Below, in pieces: positions 33,107 through 44,300 of a stretch of DNA of 64,000 nt. The DNA is from Salisapilia sapeloensis CBS 127946 (Eukaryota > Protista > Oomycota), in NCBI GenBank assembly GCA_023334545.1, contig JAADVB010000085.1:3176-67175 (forward strand), given 5' to 3'. The notes beneath the pieces were generated by a model. The model had not been told where the DNA came from and searched no databases. It worked only from the letters and a program-made list of their open reading frames with translations. The position numbers and the translations under genes were made by a program. How positions within the stretch are numbered: position 1 is the stretch's first letter; the number at the start of each line of letters is the position of its first letter.

Positions 33107-35980
33107 CTAATTCGGACTTGCCATGTATTTGGCTTGCTGCATCAAATTAGACGTGTGATTCGCGCGTTCCAGCAGCGATTGAATCGTCGACATTGTAGAT
33201 CCACCGGGTGTCGCCATGGGTGGGGAGATATCATCCACAACATCGAATTCTGCATCGAAGGAAGGACACGCGATCGAGTCTAGACTCAAACGGTTAAAGC
33301 CATACGTATCCCTCAAATCCGATTCTTCAAACTCCGGAACGGGGCCATCTGCTTCGTTCGCGATAGCCGCAACATGATCCAGCACACTTTCAATCGTCTC
33401 TTGTAAGCATTTCCAACTGTGCTCACTCACCACTCCCTTCGCTTTTCTCTCTTTCGTTGTATAGAAATCCAATGTGCCAACGATGTGTGTATCGATCCAG
33501 ATGGGGATACTCAAGTACGATCTTGCGTCCATGTCGAAGAGAATCGGATGACCGCGTAGTCGATCGTCGCTTTCCAAATCTTGCACGAAGAACGATTGAC
33601 GGTAGTACAAAGCGTATCCCGACAAAATTTCCTGTCGCCTCTTCGCAAACTGATGATGCTTGAGGTTTTGCTCGTTCGATGGTGGCATCGACGTGTCTGC
33701 TATCAAATATCCTTTCTTATCGTCAATCAACGCCACGGAGCATACTGTCCACCGCTCATTTGCATCTTCAATATCCGCATTGACCACTTGCAGCGCATTA
33801 TTCGCAAGTACATGCGTAATTCGATGCAGACGCGCCTTCCTAGCCACCGTTTGAATATCCCTATCCGAAGATGTGGATTTAGAGGTACCCTTGGCTTTGC
33901 TCTGATTCAGATATGCCGATAAACAGTTAACACGCTGACGTTCCTCATGCGGAGGTGGCAACGGTATCTTCGGGAATGGATTTCCCCAATCAAAGTCCAG
34001 TTCGTAGTCTGGAGGTGGTGCCTCTAGCTTTCGCATACCCATTTGCGATGCATCCTTGTTCACTCTCGATGCACCATTTGTACCTCTGTGTTCTCTTCTC
34101 TTTTCATGTACAAGACCAGAGAAGCTAATTCGACTCGGTACGCCCGATTCATCTTCCTCCGCCCTCCTTTCCACTCTCTTCTTTCGAGTACGTCTCGACT
34201 TAAGGGCATTCATTTGATCATTGCTGGATGTTATGGCAGTATTATCACCGCCTTCACCCTCGGAATTGTCCGTAGACGATCCGGATGTGCACTGTTCATC
34301 ATCTGAAGTTTTGATACCAGGTGTTTGTAGATTCTCGCGGACGTGATTTGGACGTCTAGTTGGTACAGACGTGATCTCCTTTCGTACAAACACTTCATTG
34401 GATCCTTCGGCACTATCAACTGATGGTGTCCGACGTCTATGTGACACTGGTGTCGGTGGAGGCATGTCCATTCCTTCAAAGTACACTTGATTCTGATCTG
34501 CACATGCTCTACAAACCTTGTATCGACCTGTTGTCAGCGCTCGACTCGTATCCGATTGATAAGTACGAGTGACACACGAGCTACAGACATCATGATGACA
34601 CTCCTGGCACCGGTGCTTTCGTCGAAAGGTTGAAAAGCTCCGAGAGCAGACTGCACAGCCGACGACATGGGGTAGGATGTGGCCATACGCTTGTTTCGGA
34701 TTCACGTCCATGGTCTTCATCCGACTACGCGTATATATCGCGTCATCTCCAGACAAAAAGGTATTCGTAACTGGACTTGGACTTGATCGTAGATCCGCAG
34801 CATCGATAGGTCGTAGGCTACTCATGTTCATTTGAGTTTTATACTTCTCTTCCGTACGACTGCGAGCTAGCCCAGGGATACCAGTGGCTTTAACGACATT
34901 ATCAGAAGAAGAAGAGCTTGGCTCGTATGGAATCTCGTCCACGGACAAAGATCTCCTTCGTTGTCTCACCTCTGGCTCTGCTTTCGATGGAGTACCACGA
35001 CTTGGTTTTATTTCTCCCGCGACGCCACGGGACGAGGTAATCACATCGGACCGCATCGTAGATTTATATGACGGAAGCATGGCTTCTAGATGAGCAAGGC
35101 GCTGGACGTCACGCATCATGCGCTGGCGAACACGATCGCTCTGCTTCTTTACTACTCCTGCGTTGTCGTCTTGGGCCATGTGGGACCTCCACCTCAGCTT
35201 CTGGCCAGGGTACACTTTCATTGGGTCGATCCCAACAAATTCACAAGAGCACGTCAACTGCACTTCGACGTTTAAAACCCCAGGCTCCACCTCCTGGACG
35301 ACGTATGTGACACTAAATTCATTTCTAGACAAGTGCTTGGACTGGAGGCTTGCATGACGTCCACTAGCATTCGGATAAGCGATCGGCCAGAGGAGATGCA
35401 TTAACGTGGGCACAGGCATCTTCCGAATCTCTCTTGACGACGTACGAGACTTTTGGAAGCGAGTGACGAGGGAATAACCAAGTAGGATGTGGCGTTCACC
35501 AAAGCCGATACCTTCCCCATTTGCAGCTGCCGGCTTTTGCTTTCGACGACTATTTGCATGGGAAGACTCTTTCGCATAGGCACGAAAATCTGCGGCATGC
35601 ACTCCGACGTGCTCTCGTTCGTCCGTCGCATCGTGGAAGACGGACTTAAACGCGTCGACTAGACCACCTGCTCGAACGTTTTCCGGCACAAGTGTCGCAA
35701 ATAGATCACGTCGCCGAGATCCGAGCGTCATTTCTACTTCGGTCAAGGATGCGTGGAGACGTCGACATGCCTTGATGGCGTAGCAAGTACCTCCCCGGGA
35801 GACTAATCCCTCATATAACTGAACGCCAGCCGAGGTTTCTACATTTGCAGGAAGGCTCGGTTCATGTCCTTCTAGACGTTTCCACTCGATGTGCTGGGAA
35901 ACTTGGCGGCAAAAGGCTCGACCAGCAGTCAGTGCGTCTTCCCGGTCCTCCACCACGTGCAGTTTCGCGAGACCTGCCAT
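33107..35980 (-). CDS. START-like - FYVE - GAF domain protein (oomycete-type architecture)
   Basis: 957-aa ORF; FYVE CAVCSRSFSTFRRKHRCQECHHDVCSSC...KVCRAC; GAF FVQDLESDDRLRGHP...RSYLSIPIWI.THIVGTLDFY; N-terminal START-like region. Confidence 0.85.
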   Translation of the reverse strand: MAGLAKLHVVEDREDALTAGRAFCRQVSQHIEWKRLEGHEPSLPANVETSAGVQLYEGLVSRGGTCYAIKACRRLHASLTEVEMTLGSRRRDLFATLVPENVRAGGLVDAFKSVFHDATDEREHVGVHAADFRAYAKESSHANSRRKQKPAAANGEGIGFGERHILLGYSLVTRFQKSRTSSREIRKMPVPTLMHLLWPIAYPNASGRHASLQSKHLSRNEFSVTYVVQEVEPGVLNVEVQLTCSCEFVGIDPMKVYPGQKLRWRSHMAQDDNAGVVKKQSDRVRQRMMRDVQRLAHLEAMLPSYKSTMRSDVITSSRGVAGEIKPSRGTPSKAEPEVRQRRRSLSVDEIPYEPSSSSSDNVVKATGIPGLARSRTEEKYKTQMNMSSLRPIDAADLRSSPSPVTNTFLSGDDAIYTRSRMKTMDVNPKQAYGHILPHVVGCAVCSRSFSTFRRKHRCQECHHDVCSSCVTRTYQSDTSRALTTGRYKVCRACADQNQVYFEGMDMPPPTPVSHRRRTPSVDSAEGSNEVFVRKEITSVPTRRPNHVRENLQTPGIKTSDDEQCTSGSSTDNSEGEGGDNTAITSSNDQMNALKSRRTRKKRVERRAEEDESGVPSRISFSGLVHEKRREHRGTNGASRVNKDASQMGMRKLEAPPPDYELDFDWGNPFPKIPLPPPHEERQRVNCLSAYLNQSKAKGTSKSTSSDRDIQTVARKARLHRITHVLANNALQVVNADIEDANERWTVCSVALIDDKKGYLIADTSMPPSNEQNLKHHQFAKRRQEILSGYALYYRQSFFVQDLESDDRLRGHPILFDMDARSYLSIPIWIDTHIVGTLDFYTTKERKAKGVVSEHSWKCLQETIESVLDHVAAIANEADGPVPEFEESDLRDTYGFNRLSLDSIACPSFDAEFDVVDDISPPMATPGGSTMSTIQSLLERANHTSNLMQQAKYMASPN

Positions 35981-38585
35981 GCTTGCTGCTCTTACGCTTT
36001 ATGAAGACAAACTGAACGTAGGAGTTGTGATGCTACAATCGCAATTGGAATATTGCTATCGGAAGTGAGAAAGCGCAACAGTGCCGAGCAATCTGTGACT
36101 AACACAAGATGCGCTTTCAGCTGTCAAGTTGCGTGATCGCACCGAGGTTGACTGATTATATGAAGATGCGCTGGAACACCATTATTAATCTAAAATTTTG
36201 TATTAACGTAGTTGATGCGAAGTATCCGCAAAGATACTTGTGAGTTATAGCGCTTTACGTTGGTAGAGAGCATACTCATGGAAGTAGAAATACACTTAGT
36301 CGTAGTGACGTGCATTACAGCTGGCATATAAATGGCGCCAAGCTGAGATTTTGGTTTAGTACAGTGGCACATGCAGCTATCAGCTATGACTGCGTTAGCC
36401 AAGACTAGAGTGGGTGGATACTACGATTCCTTGGCCACAGTACAATTGAACAGAAGCCATTAAGTTTCATGTCGCTCTTGACGGAAGAGAGGTTTAGAAA
36501 AATTGGAGCGGAATACGAGATAGGCATGCCCTTGATCGAAAGTGGTCTTGTCTGACTACAAACCGATTACACGAGTTCGTCTGAGATTAGCACTATGCAT
36601 GCAGGCGGCTGGCTAACATATCGCTTCACTTGTGACGACCACGACAGTTCACGTTACGCCTAAATGAAGGCCTGCTTCTTGGCCTATTCGTAGCCAAGGT
36701 AGATGCACATCCTCTTGAGCGCATATCCTTCCTCTACTATTGTTCGTCAGCTATCAGCCTTCAAGATTCTTTTTAATCTGAGAAGCAGTGTTCGTGGAAA
36801 CTTGACCTCACCTGTCCACTGTAACGAGTATTTCCAAATCGAGGAGTTACTAGTCCGATAAAGTTTTAGTCGCCAGTGGCGGTAGCTTATGACAATACGA
36901 AGACTTGGTTTCGAATGTTAAAACTTGAACCAATACTGTCGATATTCCAAATCGAAAAATTGGTCTAGATGAGCGCGACGACGCAAAAGGAAGACTGGAC
37001 TTAAAGGAAGCAAGAGCGGAGAGATACGTAGGAAATATTCTTTTGTCTCTTTCATGTGCAAACTGGCATACAGGTAGTTGTTGGTCGTGGTTCTGGGAAT
37101 GCAGGCAGACGAAAAGTGCCATCGGAGATGGTAATGGAGGTCTCGAAAATCCAAACAACTTATGGGGCGGACGAAATGAGTGTGTACATTTGTGATTGAA
37201 TCAAAGCCAAACTTATTTTATACACATAAACTTGTTTAAGGTGGCAAAAGACAACGATCGAGCGATAGCAAGTGCTCGCAAAGGTTCATGCTTATACAAA
37301 ATTTGAAATGTACTATGGTCAACTCAAGTAGTGCTTTCGTGGAGTTAAGCGAAGCATTACACGCTAGAGGAGTCAAATTTGACTTTCGTGGGTACCGGAC
37401 GGAATGGGAGAACGCAGGTAGACACTTTCGCTCTAGCGTGCTTTGCTCTGGAGTATCTATTTTCACGAAGACACGTCCTTCCCTCTATACTGGTAGAGAG
37501 AATTTAAACATCCATCGCTAGAAGTTAGGGAAGTAGTTCCCTCTTCTCGTGTATGTGTTGAAGCAATGCATATGATAGCTAGATAAATCTGGTTAATATC
37601 AAGCGGCTTAGGTCTTTGCACACGACCAAATACCTTGATGGAAGTTCCCATCGTCCAGACACAATAAATTACATCGAGTGTTCTAAATCAGATAAAAGTA
37701 GGCGAAAAGTTTAATAAAAAGTTGCGATCATGGATGAGATCGTAAGTGTTATGTGTCGCGATTTCTAGATATAGAAGCACAATGCTGTAGTTTGTGTGAG
37801 CTCTTAGGCGCTTTTATCCGCCTTAGCAGCTTGCTGTCGAACCAGGATTTTCATCGTTGATCTATCACTTTAATTGCCACTTACTTCTCGTCTACTCAGC
37901 TAGACTCTGACCTGTATCGAATTCAACCATCTTCGTCCATTACGTCAGCTGCACAAGGAATGATCCGAATATGAAGCATTTGGAGGATCGAGTATTGAGT
38001 GATAATACTTCTCTCGACTATAAGTAAACTTCAATTTTATTTATAGTACGAAATCTTGAAGGCTTGTACACATTTGCTGGTTTAATAGTCATTTAAACTA
38101 GCACACAATCGATTTATTGTCAGGGAAGCGACTGATTACAGCCCAAACACGTTAAATTCCTCTAAGATGAGCACAACTTGGTGCTTTCAGTACATGAAGG
38201 CGCACCGTTATCAGCGTAAAGCAGAGAGCTGGTATCCAGTATGATTAGCAGTACAAGATTTTCACAGCCTAAGCAATGGTACGCCTCTGCAAGATGTCCA
38301 CTTGGATACGATATCATTGGCTGATTGGTTTTAAACGCATAGATCCCTATATCCGTGCAGTAAGACAGACTACCCGTACTACCATATCTTCAGACGTGAG
38401 ATGTGATTAAGCTAGTATGCATGAGGACTTTCGTAGCTCCAATGAATTCGGCATGGTCGATTTTACTCGACATTGGACCTTTTCTGACTTCCCTCCTTGA
38501 TCGTTCAAATCCGCTCTGATCACGGCTTTTGCTCCCCAGCTCACAAAGCATCAGCAAAAGATACCGCGAGCTACTTGATACAACT

Positions 38586-39293
38586 ATGAGCACTGAGAAG
38601 ACCTGCCTCATTACAGGAGCAAACCAAGGTATCGGCCTCGGCCTCGCCGAAAAGATGATTCAAGCCGGCTGGAAGGTCATTGGTACCGCCCGTCAGCCGG
38701 ACAAAGCGGACAAGTTGAAAGCGCTGAACCCGCTAAAGGTCATCCAACTAGACGTCACGGACGAAGATTCTATTCAATCTGCCGCTGAAGCTTGTAAAGG
38801 GATTTCCATCGACATTCTTGTTAACAATGCTGGTATGGGATATGGAAGCAACGTCAGCGACTCCACGAAGCAGCAAATTATGGAGTCGTTCGAAGTAAAC
38901 GCTGTTGGTCCATTTCTGGTGGCCAAAGCTTTTCGCCCAAACTTAAAGGCAGCGGCGGAGAAGTCAGGCGACGGTCAAGCGTACGTGATGAACACGACGA
39001 GCGGGTTTGGGAGTCTCAATTGGCACGTGTTTCCTGATGTAGCGATACCATACCGTGCATCCAAGACTGCATTAAACATGCTCACGTTAAGCCTCTCAGC
39101 GGACATGAAGAACGACAATATCAATGTCTTCCTTTTGTGTCCGGGCTACGTGTCTACCAACATAAACGCCTATATGGGCACCCTCAGCGTTGATGAAAGC
39201 TCGAACGCCATTATGACGAACCTGCTAACGAAATTGACACCTGATATCAATGGCAAATGGTACACCCACGAGGGAAACGTCAATCCGTGGTAA
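38586..39293 (+). CDS. Short-chain dehydrogenase/reductase, CsgA (C-factor)-like, intronless
   Basis: TGANQGIG, LDVTD, NNAG, EVNAVGPF and catalytic YRASK; first ATG of the ORF at 38586. Confidence 0.92.
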   Translation: MSTEKTCLITGANQGIGLGLAEKMIQAGWKVIGTARQPDKADKLKALNPLKVIQLDVTDEDSIQSAAEACKGISIDILVNNAGMGYGSNVSDSTKQQIMESFEVNAVGPFLVAKAFRPNLKAAAEKSGDGQAYVMNTTSGFGSLNWHVFPDVAIPYRASKTALNMLTLSLSADMKNDNINVFLLCPGYVSTNINAYMGTLSVDESSNAIMTNLLTKLTPDINGKWYTHEGNVNPW

Positions 39294-41240
39294 GATTGGA
39301 GCGGAAAAGTAATCGTACACTCTTTAGCGTTCGTGTGTACGGCTCCAATCTGCACATATTCTGCAGCGGTGACAAATATCTGCGCTACAGCTTTCTGTAG
39401 GCAATCTTTTGAACTGTGGACGTTGGATTGACCAAGAATCAAGATAGTAAAAGAGAAATGAATGAACATCAGAGCTTCGAACAAAGATTTGTAACAATCG
39501 TTTCCTTTTATTGACGTATGGAGCAAGTAGCATACCCTGCCTCCAGTAATGCTTGTCAGATTATTTGCCAATTATCTATATTTTGCTACGATTACATTTC
39601 AGTCAGGCTTACCATTTCTCATACGGCAACGCAGAGTACTCCATACAATCGTTTCGATATACATTGGATAAACGTATTCAGTGTGTGGTACAGGTTATCT
39701 TAGTCCATCTTGTCAGCTTCCAACAGCTTTCTAGCCGTCATACAAAGCTCGCACTTTGGTCTTAAGCTGATTGTATAAAGCAAGCGTCTAGTTGAGTGGG
39801 CTTTAAACCAGCTCAGCTTCATTTGTGCCTGTATGCCCAACCTTTCGCTTGAGTATTAAATACCTACATGGTGTTTTTGTAGGCAAATGTATTTATGACA
39901 TGAGCTAAACTATGAGTCGAAGCCATGGACCTTCATCCTTTTAAGGTGTATGACCCAATAAAAAGAAGAGTGAGTAGTTGAGCATCTCATCAATAAAATA
40001 CAGGAGCTTCAATCGTGGACGTCAATCTTTGGCTTACAATGTATGCATCGATTGCAGTGACCTGGTATAGTAATTTCTTCTATTTCTAAATCTAGAAGTT
40101 GATTGTTAGAGTGTGCTTTCAATTGTTATCCATACAATGTGATTATGTCACTTGATGCTGTATCATTACGCTTCTACAACTTTACAAATACAAAGCAGTC
40201 TATGCTTCTTAGTTTTAACTTCTTCGCTTTTATCATGTATCCATGCACGCGAAGCTCCAGTTGCCATTTAACATCTCGACAGTATTCTCGAACACGTACC
40301 GACACGCATGAATGACCACCCACAAACCCAAACGCTTAATAATCGAAAGAATCGTGAAGCTTTTACGAGTTGTCGTCAAGAGCAATGAGAGCTTTCGCGG
40401 ACTTATTAATATCATGAATAAAGGGTAAAAGTAAATAAATAAGTTGTCGAAGCAAACATCTCTGTTGACAGTAAGTGGCCAATGCTCAAGTTGAAATTTC
40501 ATCGCATTGTAGAACCAATGTCGTTAGCCTGCTCTTATGAAAGAGCTTACGCAGCGATGTTGACTCGATACATCAAAACTGTGTTTGTACTTTAGATTAC
40601 TGGTAATCTAGAAATATATGTTGCGTGAGTACATTTAAAAAAATAAGTCTATATCTTACACAAATGTATAATCTCAACGTGCTGTGCTACATAGAAAGAT
40701 GCAAACCGGTTCGAGTAATTCATAAGGCTAAAATCCTACCACAACGACATCCCTATGCCCCCATATCGAGCGTACATTGCTTCTAGTGCTTAGCTCATCA
40801 GCACGACATGAGCTGGAGGTAAGCGTAGGAGAGCAGTTAGGAAACGCAATAAGTTTGATTTACAGTAGAATTAATTTCGATGTCGGTCATACAAGGTAAA
40901 AGACCTCAATATATGGTAGGATGGTCCTTGCTGCTCCGAGAGGATTCATTGTCGAAACAAGAGGCATATCACAAGGATCTAGTACAACCAGAATTGAAAA
41001 TCCTTCCTTTGGTAAGCATTGTCCTAAACTAGCGTCGTACTGGATCAACTACATCACCATGTTAAAAATCCAACTCCTAAAAGCTTTGTTAAACTCTAAA
41101 CTCTCCGTTCTGCAGTGAGCTACAGCAAGTTGGTCCACGAAACTAATCCAAAAACAGAATGGAATGGAAACAGTTTGCATGATTGTATTGATTAAAGACA
41201 ATTAAAGCATTCTTTTGCTTACCAATTGATTTTTGTTGCC

Positions 41241-42070
41241 TTATCTTAGTGTCAGTTTGATCATCATTGTTATCTCATGGATGAGTTGGATGCTAGAGAT
41301 CTGGACCTTGGGATGTGATTTCGCGAAGTTCCATATATGATGCATTGGAATATTGATCACATGCCACTGCGCTCCACATACTAGGTCATACCAGATAGTC
41401 ATTGCTATCAGTTTACCATCGTAAAATACAGGTGCACCAACATCACCCAGGCAAGGAGGGGTCAAAATTGCCTTGATCCACATATTGCGATCCGTTACGT
41501 TAGACAGTGCCTCGTCGGGGTAAGAGCCTACGTACTGCAGCATATTCCACTCCATTTTGCAATCTTTCTAATCAGATACTTTCATCTATCCAATTCGAAG
41601 ACGATGCTTCTCCTTCTGTACTGATTCGATGCCGTATCCGGTATGTTCCAATCTCGCGAAAAGCGAAAGACTGAACTCTTCCTCAATGTGAGCTGGTGGA
41701 GTGAATATATATATTCTCTGACTTCAAAATAACTTCCAGCAGAGCAAAATCAGTCCCTGTATCGGCTTTCACGTCGAACGCTGGGCCAAACAGCACACGA
41801 GCTACTGTGCTGCTGCGTAGGCCTTCGTTGTTACTAAAGGTTTTTGTTTGTCTTGCAAAACACTAATTGATTTGATGGGTATGAACTCTTTCACATTACT
41901 ATTGTACATCAATACATAGTGTTCAGCAGTGACTACGCACTTCGAAGACATAAAGAAGTCAGTGCAAACGCGTTTTCATTCCCTCGGATGAAATGCAACG
42001 ACGGAAATTACATAACGTATATTGTCATGGGACTGGATTGCTTCTCCGTTTTGAAATCGATTCTCATCGC
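41241..42070 (-). pseudogene. Trypsin-fold (S1A) serine-protease homologue pseudogene
   Basis: Collinear motifs across frames: RFQNGEAI...YVISVV...CTDFFMSSKCVVTAEHYV (His region, 41919), STVARVLFGPAFD...DFALLE (Asp, 41749), HTGYG...KDC, PCLGDVGAPVFYDGKLIAM..W..VC (Ser position is Val). At least 2 frameshifts (one near the AT run 41704-41713) and 3 in-frame stops. Confidence 0.7.
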
Positions 42071-42449
42071 TTCGACTCATTTTTCCCATCAAGCCCTTCG
42101 CGTCGAATGCTTAAATTTAGCTATCAAAAGCAAAAAATGGTTTGTTTCTTGAATGGTACAGACGAAGATAGCAAGATGCCAGTGACTATGAAGAAGGTAA
42201 CAACCGTCAAGATTGATATGTGTCAACGGAACATGTAGACGCGATAGCTTGTAGGCTTCTTGTCGTAGAAGCAAAACGGAGAATGGCGAGTGTTTTATGC
42301 CAACACTCAATGACGATACACTCGAGCGGTAAATGCAGCATATCTCGTATAATGTGTTGACCACCGATTACCTATGATGTTTGTTGCTAAAGAAGCATGA
42401 TCTAAACACCTACAGCATCTCCTATGAATGCTTCGACTACACATCAAAC

Positions 42450-44300
42450 TGGTGAAGACCAAGGTCTTTCATAAAATCAACGCAGTGCTCGGTATTCATA
42501 TCAGCTGTATAGCTTTATACCCCGCAATGAAGGAAAATAAATCGTGCTCGAGTGGTTTAGCTCTTCATAAGACGCCATCACTTTGATACCAAGATCTACC
42601 TTGCAATGTATCGATTTCGAAAAGCAGAGTAGACTTCTTCGAATTTAGGCAGTTAATGATGATAGGTGGTTGCCCATTGGCTTCTCCTGGTCCTCCTGTA
42701 GCTTACTAGTGTCTTCTATTCGAGTGTCTTGACGCAATATTCGGTAACTAAATCTACCGGATCACCGACTGAAGATCTTGGTATCATCAACGGTATTTAA
42801 TACAAGAGCCATGCATGTTAATTCGTGGGTTTCTCTGGTGGAGACATGCAAAATATCTTCGATTGATATATTCGTGAAACTGAAGATCTATCCCATAGTT
42901 GCTTTGTGTAGTGGTCTAAGCAAATAAATGCTCATCATCGCTCTATTATAGGCGCACGATTGCATGCTTGTCATGACTTTCACACTGAAATCACTAGACG
43001 CGATGGTCTTACGTACGGACACTTAAACTGAGTAGGCAGCCTACGAGTTACCATAGTTCATTTCACTTATCAAGTCGCTTCAGATAAACTACAAACCTTA
43101 TTAACGATCAGCAGCATGATCTCGTAGTGCGTTCCCCCCTTGTTCACCATGTCTTCAATGAAGTTGTACAAGAGCTCCATCAGCTCCTTGGCAAAGTATA
43201 ATACCAACGCTTCTTCCTTTCATAGTCAAAGTCCAACTTGTAGATGAAAGCGTGCTTGGTGCGATACAATAAGCTGTTAAAAAAAAGGTAAAGCTATCGG
43301 TCAATGCGCCGTTAAGCAAGTTGTCTGCGTTAAAGGTTTCGTGGCGTATGGTCGAACAATCACACTCGCTCATATTAACAATTGTATCGAGACTAGCTTA
43401 TGACTCCACATCTAGAAAGCCGAAAGTTATAGTGGTAGCGGATATTTTTAGTTTGGGAAGTCGAAGCTCGATTCTGTCAGACATAAAGCAAGCTCGTTGT
43501 TCAGCTCGATCGCCAAAGGCAGGTGATTGTCTATATATAACGCCATGATGAAGTTCGTGTCAAGGACCAGCTCGTTCGCGATCAAACTATGATGTGTTCA
43601 AGCAGCAATGCCGCTGATACCCTTCAGGAATAGCTCATCAATCTTAGACAAGGTCGTGGAGTCCTAATTAAGGATAATAAAGTCGATGGCATCGACTCAC
43701 TTGTCTTCATATTGAAAGAGTTCAGAAGAAGCTACTAAGCAAACCTCTAATCATGTTAATACTATCAACATGTTTGGCATCGCTAAGCCCACGGTCTTCA
43801 TCATGGTATCTATCGGTTCTTTATCTTGGACCGAGACCAATTCAAGCGCTGCTGTCTCCGGGAACATGATTCAATTAAGCATGTAGTAGATTTGGAGGGT
43901 AAAGTCACAGGCTAGTATGGTCTTCGGTCTACTTAATCCAAAATGAAGAAACATTCCGTTTATAAATTCTTGATATAGTGTACTGCAGATAAATTTAGTA
44001 AGAAACAAAGATCTCATTTGCATTTCGTTTTGCTTGGTTCATTACCTTTGTCTAATTTCCATGGAGCTGCTTCAATTTACTTGATGGAGATAGGAAGTGG
44101 ATAGTAGTAGTACTTCAAAGTGGTACTTCAAAGAAAGATGACATCCCTTCTTGTAGTTGAATATCTACTTCATATCTATCTCCAGTTTACGAATGCTACC
44201 TTGAAGGCGTTATAGCCTGTGCTTCCATAACCGTCTTCCACTTCTTCTCCTTCCGCATCAAAGCTGCATTCTCGGCCTGTAGTAGGATGGCACGCACGCA
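42450..44300 (-). pseudogene. Unidentified decayed protein-coding sequence
   Basis: Strong codon-like periodicity on the minus strand (e.g. VDAIDFIILN*DSTTLSKIDELFLKGISGIAA*..ANELVLDTNFIMALY; TKHAFIYKLDFDYE/EEALVLYFAKELMELLYNFIEDMVNKGGTHYEIMLLIVNK), broken by stops and 1-bp indels. Boundaries approximate. Confidence 0.45.

Noticed and set aside
36850-37650. Coding-like fragments (ASGGSL*QYEDLV...; MVNSSSAFVELSEAL...)
   Set aside because: Cannot be assigned to a family or distinguished from random sequence without a search.
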